This document shows, one piece after another, positions 47,445 through 57,288 of a stretch of 64,000 nt of DNA. Position numbers and translations under genes: made by a program. Location: NCBI GenBank assembly GCA_964502005.1, contig CAZCUX010000029.1, positions 32,468-96,467 of the forward strand, written 5' to 3'. The notes below the pieces were generated by a model that ran no database searches, was not told the DNA's origin, and saw nothing but the letters and a program-made list of their open reading frames with translations. This DNA is from an uncultured Enterobacterales bacterium (GTDB lineage: Bacteria; Myxococcota_A; UBA796; UBA2385). How positions within the stretch are numbered: the first letter of the stretch is position 1; each line of letters begins with the position of its first letter.

Positions 47445-49110
47445 CCGCGCAACGCCGGAGATTGCTTTCGTGTTGGAAGTTCCCCCTCTCTTGGCAGGCC
47501 GGTATCGCATTGTCGACAAGGTCGGCGAAGGCGGCGCCGCGACTGTCTACCGCTGCCTCGACCAGCGCTTGGGGGTGATTTGCGCGGTGAAGGTGCTGTT
47601 GCCGCAGTCTGCGGAGGCGCGGGCGGGAATGCGGCAGCGGCTTCAGGCCGAAGCGAAAGTGATGGCGCGGTTGTCCCATCCCCACATTCTGGCTGTGACC
47701 GATGTAGGCCGAGAGCAGGACTTCGATTTTGTGGTCATGCACTTTGCCGCGGGCGGTAGCTTGTCGGACCGGCTGCGGGCGGAAGGCCCCATTTCTCCGC
47801 GGCAGGCGGTCATTTGGACCCTTGAGGTGCTCTCGGCGCTGGATGCGGCCCACAAGGCGGGCGTGGTCCACCGGGACGTGAAGCCGCAAAACCTGCTGCT
47901 CACCCACGACAACCGCATTCAGTTGGCGGACTTTGGCATTGCGCTCATCGACAGCCCCGAGTTTGACCGGAAGACCCGGACGGGCGTGGCGATGGGCTCC
48001 ATGGCGTTTATGGCCCCTGAGCAGCGGCTTGATGCGTCGCGGGTAACGCCCGCCGCGGATATTTATGCCGTGGGCGCGACCTTATATACGCTGTTGACGC
48101 ATCGCAGCCCGATGGACCTCTTTACGGCGGACGCCGCGTCGCCTCGCTGGGCGTTGGTTCCCGAAGCCTTGCGCCCGGTGTTGCTTGGCGCCACACGCTA
48201 CGAACCCGCCGAACGAATTGCCGATGCAGCGGCATTTTCGATGCTTCTCGAAGATGCTCTCTCTACGCTTTCGGACGATGGGATACCGAAGTTCGTGCTG
48301 TTGCCCACGGGAAACACAGCGCCATCGACGTCCCCGGCGACACGCGCGCCCACGTTGGCGCCAGTCGCGCTTGCGCCCACGTTGGGACCGCCCGCGCCAA
48401 CGACCGTTTTGCCGCCGAGGTTGGCGCAACCATCGCGGCGAAAGGAATGGGCGGCGGGTCTGTTGGTCCTACTGGCAGGGGGAGGCGCGTACTTCCTGTT
48501 TGCGGCCCCTCCAAGGGCGGTAGAAGCGCCGCAGATAGAGGATGCCGTCACCCCCCCTGTGCCTGTCGCGATTGCTCCTGTCGAGGCCCCAGTAGCGCCC
48601 ACAACGCCCCTTCCCCCGCCCGAGGAGCCTCCACCAGCGCAACCGGAGGCGGTTTCACCGGCGCCCCAACGGGAACGGGCGCCTGCGCCGCGACGTGCCG
48701 CGGCCCCCGCTTCGCCGCTCCCGACCAACCTCTCGTCCGAGGCTCCCCAAAACATTGGGCCCGCGGCGTATCCCTTGGGCCACGCGCTCCCGCCTCCTGC
48801 CGGGCAATGGAGCTTGGGCGTCAACGGTGTGCAGCAGGTGCTTCGTTTCGCCTTGAACGGCGGGCAAGTGCGGGGTACTGTCGAGTCGCGAATGGGGGAA
48901 GCACGGCACCGTACGCACATTCGGGGCGAATGGCGAGGGGACACCCAGACGCTCGCATTGGAAGAAACAGGCTTGCCTGCGGGTGAAGTGGGGGCGCGGT
49001 ATGTGTTGCGCCTTGATGAATCCGCAAATGTGGTGGTAGACGGCAAACTCATCACCTCCAACGGCATGGTCCGCGTGGCCGGAACCCGCGACACCGAGGA
49101 CCAATGGTGA
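47422..49110 (+). CDS. Hanks-type Ser/Thr protein kinase with Pro/Ala-rich linker and C-terminal extracytoplasmic domain
   Basis: Kinase subdomains GEGGAATVY, AVK, HRDVKPQNLL, DFG and APE, followed by a single TM segment and a Pro-rich low-complexity region. Confidence 0.85.
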   Translation: MSHPTSADRATPEIAFVLEVPPLLAGRYRIVDKVGEGGAATVYRCLDQRLGVICAVKVLLPQSAEARAGMRQRLQAEAKVMARLSHPHILAVTDVGREQDFDFVVMHFAAGGSLSDRLRAEGPISPRQAVIWTLEVLSALDAAHKAGVVHRDVKPQNLLLTHDNRIQLADFGIALIDSPEFDRKTRTGVAMGSMAFMAPEQRLDASRVTPAADIYAVGATLYTLLTHRSPMDLFTADAASPRWALVPEALRPVLLGATRYEPAERIADAAAFSMLLEDALSTLSDDGIPKFVLLPTGNTAPSTSPATRAPTLAPVALAPTLGPPAPTTVLPPRLAQPSRRKEWAAGLLVLLAGGGAYFLFAAPPRAVEAPQIEDAVTPPVPVAIAPVEAPVAPTTPLPPPEEPPPAQPEAVSPAPQRERAPAPRRAAAPASPLPTNLSSEAPQNIGPAAYPLGHALPPPAGQWSLGVNGVQQVLRFALNGGQVRGTVESRMGEARHRTHIRGEWRGDTQTLALEETGLPAGEVGARYVLRLDESANVVVDGKLITSNGMVRVAGTRDTEDQW

Positions 49111-50324
49111 ACCTACTTTGGATATTGGCGTCCATCACGGCGGCCTCTGCGGGGCCGGTCGTCGACGCGCACCTTTTGGGCGAAGTGGGTACGGCTGCTG
49201 CTCCGGGCGCGCGCGCCGGCGGTGCGGGTGTCGGCGTCGCGGTGCCCGCGGGTGCCCACCCGTTTGACCTTGGCCTGCGGGTGTCGGGAGTAGACCGCGC
49301 ATTGGATGGACGGCTGACGGGACGATTTTACCCCCTGGGGGTCGGGCCGTCGGTGGGACTGTCTGTCGGTGCGCGTCGAGGCCTGTTCGGTTCCTCTGCC
49401 GGGACAACCGCGCCCATTGCCGACCTCGATGCAGCGTGGGACGTAGCGCTCGCGGCGTCGCACCGGATGCGCATTTCGACGCGCTTGCAGTGGGCTCCCG
49501 CGTCGACGCGCGGTGTGTTGGCCGTGGGTTGGGTTTGGGCGCCTCCCGCTCGCTCTACCCCGCCCCCACCCGTAGAGGCGCCCCGCGAGACGCCGTCTAT
49601 CGATATCTCGCGCTTCCCTTTGGAGGCAGAAGTTTGGTTGCCACATCCGGTGTGCCAATGGGTGCCCATCACCGAAATCGACGCGCGGCTGGCGACTTTG
49701 CCTCCCGACCAACGTTTGCATGTGCAAGCGGAAGCCCACGCTACGCTCTTCTCCGATGCACAACATATCTCTGGCTCCCATCTGCGGGTGGTCGGACCCC
49801 AAGGCACCCTGTTTGTGGTGGGCCAGCCAGGCGACCATTTGCGGTTGGGGGACCAAGACATCGCCGCGGGAGCGGACGGTGTTGTACAGCTCAAGGTGCC
49901 TGAAGGCAATGTAGAGGCCGTCTGGTTCGGGGGAGGGCGCATACAGACTCTTCAGGCGTCGGTCCAGCGGAACCACGCGACGTGGATTCGTACTTCGAAT
50001 CCCCCGCCCGTCACCATTCAGTTTGACCAAGGAAGTGATGAAGTCGACGCCGCGACACGCGCGCAGCTCGCGGCGTTGGTTCCGCTCGCGGGAGATTGGG
50101 TGTTTGAGTTACAAGGTGGTTTTTCACCGGAAGGAAACCGAACTGCCAATGTAGACCTGGCGAATCGCCGGTCAAGGGCGGTTGCGGAGGTGTTGGTGGA
50201 GCTTGGACTTCCCGCATCCCAAGTCGAAGTGGTGGCGCCTGCGGTGCCCGAAGACGCGACCCGCGCCGCTGCGCAGCGGGTGTGTACGCTCAAACCCCGT
50301 CCTGCAGCGGGAGGTGCGCCATGA
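49104..50324 (+). CDS. OmpA/MotB-like peptidoglycan-binding domain protein
   Basis: C-terminal OmpA-like domain (FDQGSDEVDAATRAQL...NRRSRAVAEVLVELG). ATGGTGA overlap with the kinase gene. Confidence 0.65.
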   Translation: MVNLLWILASITAASAGPVVDAHLLGEVGTAAAPGARAGGAGVGVAVPAGAHPFDLGLRVSGVDRALDGRLTGRFYPLGVGPSVGLSVGARRGLFGSSAGTTAPIADLDAAWDVALAASHRMRISTRLQWAPASTRGVLAVGWVWAPPARSTPPPPVEAPRETPSIDISRFPLEAEVWLPHPVCQWVPITEIDARLATLPPDQRLHVQAEAHATLFSDAQHISGSHLRVVGPQGTLFVVGQPGDHLRLGDQDIAAGADGVVQLKVPEGNVEAVWFGGGRIQTLQASVQRNHATWIRTSNPPPVTIQFDQGSDEVDAATRAQLAALVPLAGDWVFELQGGFSPEGNRTANVDLANRRSRAVAEVLVELGLPASQVEVVAPAVPEDATRAAAQRVCTLKPRPAAGGAP

Positions 50325-51331
50325 CGGGATTTGGTTGGCTTCTTTATGTTGCGTTTTCTGCTGAACATGTGGTGGTCCACACAGGCGACACCATCGAATC
50401 GATTGCGCAACAGTATGCTGGAATGGACCCTTTGGCGTTGCGTGCGGCGAATGGGCTGTCGGCGGACGAGCAGCCGCGCCCGGGGACGATATTGCACGTG
50501 CCAAGTCCGCCCGAAGCCGGCGAGGATGCCGCGGTGGTGTTGAGTGTATTTGGCGGAGGCTCGGTCCAGCTTCCCACCGGCGAAACCGCGGACTTGGCGC
50601 CGAGCCTCCGCTTGGCGGCAGGCGCGCAGGTGTGTACCCAAGAAGGTGCTTATGCAACGATTCGTTTATCGGTCGCCGAAAACAATGTGCATGACGACAT
50701 CACATTGCTTCCCGGCACTTGTCTTTCGATTCGGTCCACTACACGCAACGCCCCGCAGCGAAGTTCGCTTCTCACCCTCGAACAGGGGTCGGTGACCGTG
50801 CCGCGCGCGGAAACGGGCGCATCCAACGGAACCATCACCATTGAGACGAAGTCGGGCGTGACCTCCGCGGAATCCGGTGGGTTTCGCGTTCACGTCGAAC
50901 AGGACGCCGCTCGCACGGAAGCCTTGTATACGCCGTTGCGTGTGTTTGGAGCGGGAGTGGAGCAAGCGCTGCTGGCAGGCCAAGGAAGTCGCACGCGGAC
51001 GGGAGAAGCGCCGTTGCCGCCCGTCGCGCTTCCGCCATCGGGCCAACTTATCGCGCCCATAGATGGCGCAACGTTACGAAGACCCGACTTTTCGTGGACC
51101 CGGAGTGAAACGGCGCTCGCCTACCAACTGGAGCTGGCGCGGTCGGAAGACTTTCGGGACATGCTGCTTGGCATGCCGGTCGACCGACCGAGCTGGGAGC
51201 CCGACCGCCTGATGTTGCCGTCCAATGTAGAAGGATTGTGGTGGAGGGTCGCGACGGTTGACCGTCACGGGTTTGTTGGCATTCCAACGCAACCTTGGCG
51301 TTTGGAGTTGCCGGTGGGGGTGGGGCCATGA
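50321..51331 (+). CDS. LysM-domain plus FecR-like domain protein
   Basis: LysM motif (VHTGDTIESIAQQYAGMDPLALRAANGL) and a FecR-like beta-rich region. ATGA overlaps on both sides. Confidence 0.6.
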   Translation: MTGFGWLLYVAFSAEHVVVHTGDTIESIAQQYAGMDPLALRAANGLSADEQPRPGTILHVPSPPEAGEDAAVVLSVFGGGSVQLPTGETADLAPSLRLAAGAQVCTQEGAYATIRLSVAENNVHDDITLLPGTCLSIRSTTRNAPQRSSLLTLEQGSVTVPRAETGASNGTITIETKSGVTSAESGGFRVHVEQDAARTEALYTPLRVFGAGVEQALLAGQGSRTRTGEAPLPPVALPPSGQLIAPIDGATLRRPDFSWTRSETALAYQLELARSEDFRDMLLGMPVDRPSWEPDRLMLPSNVEGLWWRVATVDRHGFVGIPTQPWRLELPVGVGP

Positions 51332-52188
51332 TGCTCTGGTTGTGGAGTGGGTGCACGGTGGCTTTGGCCGCAGGCACCGTGCCGGTGCCCCCAGCAATTG
51401 CGGCGGATTCGGTTCGTCCCGACCTCTTTGCGGCGGCAACTACCGTCACGCCAGACACGAATTCATTTTCCGGATTTCGGGGTCTGTTGTTCGCCAGTCA
51501 TGTGCGGGACCCCCTCGTCTTCCAGCCGGTGGGAGCCAGCGAGCCTATCGCCATTGTCGGGCCGACTACGGGAGTCTTCGCGGGAATAGCCGGGGCAGTG
51601 GGGCCGCTCGCTTTCGGCGCGTCGGTTCCCGTTGCGCTTTGGATACAGTCCGACCTGTCGCCCACGGCGTCGGGGAGTGGCATTGGCGACTTGGCGCTCG
51701 ATGTGCGCGGTTTGGTGCTGGACGGCGCACAATCGCCCTTGGGCGTTGCGCTGCAAGGTCGGTTGACCGTTCCGCTGGGTGGCGCGGATGTTTACCTGGG
51801 ACAACCCGGCGTGTCCTACGAACTATTGGGCGTGGGTTCCGCCACGCACGGCGATTGGCGGTTGTCCGCGGCATTGGGCACGCGCGGCATGCCCGAAACC
51901 CAAGTCGGCGACGAAGTGCTCAACGACCCCCTTCTGTTTCGCCTTGCCGTTGGACACGCCATCGGACCGGCGATGGCCAATCTTGAACTATTGGGCCAGC
52001 GCCAATACAAGGGTTTTTTCGAAGAACCGACGAACAGCCCCGTGGAGGTGATGGCGAGCGGTGCGTATTCCGCGTCAGAGACGGTCGTGCTTCGTGGTGG
52101 CTTGGGAATTGGCCTCAATCCGAGTATTGGGTCACCATCTGTTCGTGTGCTCTTTGGGGTCGGCCCGACGGCGGCGCCGTTGCCGTAG
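51328..52188 (+). CDS. Hypothetical secreted / outer-membrane protein (Gly/Ala/Leu-rich, beta-strand-like)
   Basis: Signal peptide MMLWLWSGCTVALAAG and alternating hydrophobic pattern. Last gene of the coupled five-gene operon. Confidence 0.45.
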   Translation: MMLWLWSGCTVALAAGTVPVPPAIAADSVRPDLFAAATTVTPDTNSFSGFRGLLFASHVRDPLVFQPVGASEPIAIVGPTTGVFAGIAGAVGPLAFGASVPVALWIQSDLSPTASGSGIGDLALDVRGLVLDGAQSPLGVALQGRLTVPLGGADVYLGQPGVSYELLGVGSATHGDWRLSAALGTRGMPETQVGDEVLNDPLLFRLAVGHAIGPAMANLELLGQRQYKGFFEEPTNSPVEVMASGAYSASETVVLRGGLGIGLNPSIGSPSVRVLFGVGPTAAPLP

Positions 52189-52688
52189 TCTTCAGGGGTG
52201 TTCGGGAGAATACGCACACTTGACTGTAATATACTACACAAAGCTGAAATAGTCAAGTAGACGAGCGGCGACATTGAGAAGGGTGTTTCGGCGTGTCTGG
52301 CGCAACGAATGGAGACAAGCGGTGGTCGCCGGCCGATGGGCTTTGGCGCTGTGTCGCTTCACCGGTCGCGCCTTTGGTGCAGCGCGTACAACGCGTTGTT
52401 CGCCGACGCTGCCACAGGCGCGCACAGTGGGGCGGCGGAAACACGGAAATTTGCGGGCCTATGTCCATGCGGTCGTTGTGGGCCGGATAGCGCTGATTTT
52501 CGTCGTCGGGCAAGCTACGGGCTTAGGGGTTTTTGGTGCCGGTATTCGTTGCGACAATGAGGGCTCCCCATTGACGATGCACACTGTTGCACAGTTGCGT
52601 GTGCCTTCTACGGTAGAGACAGTGCGCGATGTGTTTCTCACAACACTTTTCCAAAACAGTCGCCTGTCCAATCTTTTGAGGGTCCATC

Positions 52689-53999
52689 ATGCAACAGACT
52701 GAGCTCAATCCCAATCCACCCAAAGTAGACTTTTTTGAACAAAAGGTCGTGTTCGGTAGCATTCGCGTCGGCTACCTCCTGCTATCGGCGACCGCGATTG
52801 TCTCGATTGCGATTGCAGTAGCGATGGGCGTATACGGAAATACGCCGGTCGTCGAAGGCGAAGAACCTCCCCAGCCGGCCCTTGTGGCCCCCAAGCCAGT
52901 AGACGCGGAATCCCTCAAGCGCGCGCTGAGCGCCCTGACGGGGGACGATGAAGAGATGTATATGGAAGGCAACGTGGATAGGGAGTACGAGGAGGTAGAA
53001 TCCGTGGGTGATGGCTATGACCCCACGTGGGATGCAAATGAAGAGGCGCTCGCCCAGATGTTCGACCAGCCGACCAAGTATCCGTATAAGGATGGCAGCG
53101 AGTGCGCGCGCTATGGGTGGGGAGATCGGTGTATGCAATACAAGCGAAAGCGTGGCGCATTGTCTGTATTGCGAGAAAGTTATAAGTTGATTCCCCGTCA
53201 CAGCGACGCGCCCGGAACCCACGAGGCGAAAATCGCTGCTCTCGCAGCGAAGCTGGTTGCCGTCGCCGCGCCCAACGACGACAGCCGGTTTGTGTATGTC
53301 GGCCTGCTCAAAGACTTGATGTACGCGACCGATGGTCGTCCCAATGATGCGGTTGCAGCGATTGAAGCGGTCCTTTCGGCCCACGCATCGTGGGATGAAG
53401 AGACGCGAAATGCATTCGCGGTAGGTTTGATTACGGCGGAAACCAAAGGCGCGGGAAGCGCGCAACTCACAGCATTGATCGAACAGACGCCAGAAATCTT
53501 GGGGGTGTTTTCTCCCGACACCTTCGCTGAAGCCATCAAGGGTGCGTGGTCTGTCACCAAGGATATGTCGCCGTCGGCGGCAAAAGAAGCCCGGTCGCTG
53601 TTGCTGTCGGTCGCAAAAACCCAACCCATTGGGTATCGGAAGCTCGTGTTCACGGCCTATACGCAGACATTGGAGTCCAATGCAGAGACTGCGATGGCGG
53701 AGAACCTGCGCTTGCGGTCTGCGTGGGACGAGAAGGTGCAAGAGCGTATGCGTGACATCGCCCTGGCCGAGCAAGGACGCGCCGAAGCGCGCGCGACTTC
53801 GCTCAATGGAATCGTGATGGGCACAGGCGCGCTCTGTGTGTTGGGTATGTTGCTCGCCGTGTTGAGCGTAGAACGCAATACGCGCCGAACGGAAGCGCTG
53901 CTGCGCGCCCTCCAGCCGGCAAATCGTCCCAACGAGGGCGACCAGACGGATGCGTTGGCGCTCACGGACGACGCTCCCGCGCCCCAGCCTGTCGCCTGA
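52689..53999 (+). CDS. Hypothetical membrane protein (two predicted TM helices)
   Basis: Clean 436-aa ORF with acidic N-terminal region and noticeably lower GC. Confidence 0.5.
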   Translation: MQQTELNPNPPKVDFFEQKVVFGSIRVGYLLLSATAIVSIAIAVAMGVYGNTPVVEGEEPPQPALVAPKPVDAESLKRALSALTGDDEEMYMEGNVDREYEEVESVGDGYDPTWDANEEALAQMFDQPTKYPYKDGSECARYGWGDRCMQYKRKRGALSVLRESYKLIPRHSDAPGTHEAKIAALAAKLVAVAAPNDDSRFVYVGLLKDLMYATDGRPNDAVAAIEAVLSAHASWDEETRNAFAVGLITAETKGAGSAQLTALIEQTPEILGVFSPDTFAEAIKGAWSVTKDMSPSAAKEARSLLLSVAKTQPIGYRKLVFTAYTQTLESNAETAMAENLRLRSAWDEKVQERMRDIALAEQGRAEARATSLNGIVMGTGALCVLGMLLAVLSVERNTRRTEALLRALQPANRPNEGDQTDALALTDDAPAPQPVA

Positions 54000-54016
54000 G
54001 CGGCGAAAGCCGTGGG

Positions 54017-54796
54017 TTAGCTGCTGCGTCCCGACAACCAAGCATCGAGAGCCGATACCGTGCCCTCGATGCCGAGCTGGTCGGTGTGAAGGGCGATATC
54101 CGCCTCCCCATACAAGGGCGCGCGCTCGGCGAGAATGGCCTCCAACTCGACCAATGCGTTGGGGCGCCCCCGCATTGGCCGGAGGTCGCCTTGGGCGCGA
54201 ACGCGCGCGAGGTGCGCGTCGGGCGACGCTTGCAGCCAAGCGGTGCGGCAGCTCGCTCGTACCCGCCGCCACGTCTCCGGGTTGGTGACGAGGCTGCCGC
54301 CCGTTGCGACAACGCAGGGCTTGGGCTGCGCCAAAAGTGCGTCCACGACGGCGGCTTCCATGAGCCGATACCCGGCGTCTCCCCGCAGTTCGAATAGCTC
54401 GCCCAAGCGCATGCCCGCGCGGGACTCGACCTCGCGGTCGAGCTCGACAAACGGGATGTTTCGAAGCCTGGCCAGCGCCGCACCGATGGTGGACTTTCCC
54501 GCGCCGCGCAAACCGACCAGCGCGACCACGGGCGGTCCCCCCGGTCCAAGGCCGGAAAACAGCGTGCTCAAGGGCAATTCGAGTGCTTCGCAGACTTCTG
54601 CCAAGCGCACGACGGAAATATTGCCCTCCCCCTTCTCCAATTGCACCAAGAATCGTTGACTGACGCCTGCTTTCCCCGCGAGCTGGCTTTGGGTGAGGCC
54701 CAAGGCCAGGCGCCGGTTGCGAAGACGTTGGCCAACGAGAGGCAGCAGCGACATTGGGTTTCCACGAGGTCGGAGAGCGGTTCGATTCTTCGGCAT
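54017..54796 (-). CDS. XRE-type HTH domain fused to shikimate kinase (AroK-like)
   Basis: HTH (LGLTQSQLAGKAGVSQRFLVQLEKGE) then shikimate-kinase P-loop (LVGLRGAGKSTIG) and body (DREVESRAGMRLGELF...VVATGGS). Start is uncertain (Met at 54796 or 54754). Confidence 0.65.
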   Translation of the reverse strand: MPKNRTALRPRGNPMSLLPLVGQRLRNRRLALGLTQSQLAGKAGVSQRFLVQLEKGEGNISVVRLAEVCEALELPLSTLFSGLGPGGPPVVALVGLRGAGKSTIGAALARLRNIPFVELDREVESRAGMRLGELFELRGDAGYRLMEAAVVDALLAQPKPCVVATGGSLVTNPETWRRVRASCRTAWLQASPDAHLARVRAQGDLRPMRGRPNALVELEAILAERAPLYGEADIALHTDQLGIEGTVSALDAWLSGRSS

Positions 54797-54857
54797 ATCC
54801 CCAAACCCGATGCCGTGTGCGATTCGCGCGGTTTGCTCCGGCGCGCTACATTCGGTG

Positions 54858-55674
54858 TGTGAGATGGTTCCAGACAATCCTTGTGCTCCTGGTCGTCTTG
54901 TGGGCACATAATGCGGAAGCCAGCGTGATTGACCCCATTGGTCAAGTCACCTTGCTCGACCCCTTGACATTTGACGGCGGTGTGTTGCGCCGCAGTTTGC
55001 GGGTCGCCGGCGGGGCAGCCGGCAGCGGCGGCGCATTGTCCCTCTCGGGGGAGTCCACCTTCTTTCGCGAACTTTCGGTGCGGGTGGACTACGACCACGA
55101 CTTTTGGTACGCCGCTGCGGACGGGCACCGCATCGGGTGGCGGCTTCGCTTGCCGGTCATCCAGTCCCATCGTTTTGGACGCCTCGACGCTTGGCAGTTC
55201 AACTACCGGCAAGAGGCGCACATCGGCCCGGTCGACCCCCTCTCGCCCGCCCACGTTTTTGATTCCGCCTTTATTTGGGCGCGCGGCGCGCGAGGCTGGC
55301 CGACGTCGGCGCACCTACAGCTTGGGCCAGTCGTGCGAGACCGCGTGCAGGCCGGGCGAGAAGGGGCGCGTGCGGGTGCGACAGTGCGGGTGGCCCATGC
55401 GGTCCTCCTCGGGAGGCCCAGCACTGAAGGCCGATGGTTTGCGTCTCTCAACACCGTCGAAGCGGTGTGGTTGCACTATGGCCTTGTCCACAAAATGGAC
55501 GCGCGCCTCGATGTGTCTGCCTTGGCCCCAAGCGTGCATTTTGGGCGGGGCACCCGTGGCGTCTCGTTGGGCGTGCTCCCGCGTATGCGGTTTGCATATT
55601 CGCCGGCGGGCGTCGACATCGACTGGGGCGGCTATGCCGTGCTTCAGTCCAACCAAGTGCCCCGTTTGGAGTAG
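54858..55674 (+). CDS. Hypothetical secreted protein
   Basis: Putative GTG start giving the signal peptide VRWFQTILVLLVVLWAHNAEAS. Confidence 0.4.
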
Positions 55675-55677
55675 ACC

Positions 55678-57222
55678 GTGTGGCTTTGTCGATGGCTCCT
55701 GATGGGGATGGGCATGTGGGGATGCGGACGCGGCGGGGGCGCCCCCGAAGTCGCGCCACCTCCAGCGCGCGGACAGGTCGCGTTTTTGGTGCATGGCTAT
55801 ATCTCCGATGCCGAAGATTTTGACCCATTGGGTGACGCGCTTGCCCATGGGGGTATGCATGGTGAGCCCGTTCACACGCATCGGTTTGATTTTGGGCGAT
55901 TCTCTCGCGTTGGATATGATCACAACTTGGGCGTCGCGCGGCTGGGCGACGCTTTGGGAGAGGCCGTCTCCGTTGCCCGCCGGGACTGCCCGGTGTGTCG
56001 CGCCGAAGCGGACAAGCCGCTCTCCGTGACCCTAATTGGGCGCAGCTTTGGCGGCTTGGTGGTGCGGGAAGCGTGGTTACAGCAGGTGGACCAGGAGTGG
56101 GGGCCATGGTCCATTGACCGCATCATCACGTTGGCTACGCCGTATCATGGCTCGAAAATGACCCGTTATTCCACTGGCTTTTTGTCGGTGCTCATCAACG
56201 GCGGCATTCGTACTGTGCTTTACGGTTTTGTGAACCCGGAACGCGGCGGGGCATTTGGACAGGTCTATGATGACCAAATCCGCGCCATGCGTCTGGGGAG
56301 TCCGTATCAGTTGGACGCTGACGACCGCATTCACGCCCGATTGAGCGAACAGGAAGCACCGCCTTGGCTTGTGTTACCATCGGTGGGGGCGCGAGACTAT
56401 GTGCGCGAAGGGGATGGCGTGGTGCGGTTTTCGTCGGGCAACGTCGCGCCGACGATGCCGCGACTGGGTGTCGAGACCGTGCCCCTTTCGGTGCGGCATG
56501 GGCGGCTGTTTTCTGGCACGCCCAAGGGACAAGAAGAGGAGGAGCTGGCGCGCGCGTTGGTTGCCATTCGGTATTTTATGGACCACGGAACCATGCGGGG
56601 TGCACCGGGCTTTTCGCCTTATCTTTTCGACGGCTCCGCCTTCGTGCCAGGGGAAGCACCCGGAACTACGGTGTTTCTCCCCACCGAACGTGAACAACAC
56701 AAGCGACTGGTCGACCGTTTGGAAGGATTGGCACGCGCGGATTTGGGAGACGTATGGCTCCGTTTTTTCTCGGGCACTCCTGGTGATGCGCGTCCCGTCG
56801 GCATTCTTCCTGGCTTGACCTTGTTGCAGTCGAGCGAAGAGTGGTCCCGGCAATGGGTGGATGTGGCCCTCGACCAAACGTCGCCGTCCAACAACCCCGT
56901 CGTGGCGGCCTTGCCTGTCGAGAGTCGGCACCTGTTCTTGTCCGATGTCACGCCTTCCGGGACGTGGCGCATTGCGGTCGATGTCGAAGGGGTCGGCACC
57001 ATCGCCGACGAGCAACTGCAAGTCGTCGTCAATGCGGGGGCCCCACACGCAGGGGGGGCTATCGAAGTCCTGCCGTTACAAAACATCGTTGTGGATGTGT
57101 ATATCGACATTGATGAAATGCCCGTCGGCGCGCGTATCGCAGGCATTCACTGGCGGTCGCCCGATGACCGACGGCGCCAACGCCCCACCGGCAAAACGAA
57201 CGAATCGACGCCGTCCCGATGA
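55678..57222 (+). CDS. Alpha/beta-hydrolase lipoprotein (lipase/PGAP1-like)
   Basis: Lipobox MGMWGCG and a GxSxG nucleophile (LIGRSFGGLV). Confidence 0.6.
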   Translation: MWLCRWLLMGMGMWGCGRGGGAPEVAPPPARGQVAFLVHGYISDAEDFDPLGDALAHGGMHGEPVHTHRFDFGRFSRVGYDHNLGVARLGDALGEAVSVARRDCPVCRAEADKPLSVTLIGRSFGGLVVREAWLQQVDQEWGPWSIDRIITLATPYHGSKMTRYSTGFLSVLINGGIRTVLYGFVNPERGGAFGQVYDDQIRAMRLGSPYQLDADDRIHARLSEQEAPPWLVLPSVGARDYVREGDGVVRFSSGNVAPTMPRLGVETVPLSVRHGRLFSGTPKGQEEEELARALVAIRYFMDHGTMRGAPGFSPYLFDGSAFVPGEAPGTTVFLPTEREQHKRLVDRLEGLARADLGDVWLRFFSGTPGDARPVGILPGLTLLQSSEEWSRQWVDVALDQTSPSNNPVVAALPVESRHLFLSDVTPSGTWRIAVDVEGVGTIADEQLQVVVNAGAPHAGGAIEVLPLQNIVVDVYIDIDEMPVGARIAGIHWRSPDDRRRQRPTGKTNESTPSR

Positions 57223-57288
57223 ACCGTTCACGGCAACGGGCTACACGCGGGGGGTGCCCCACAACGTCGACGGGCCGGAGGAAGACAA

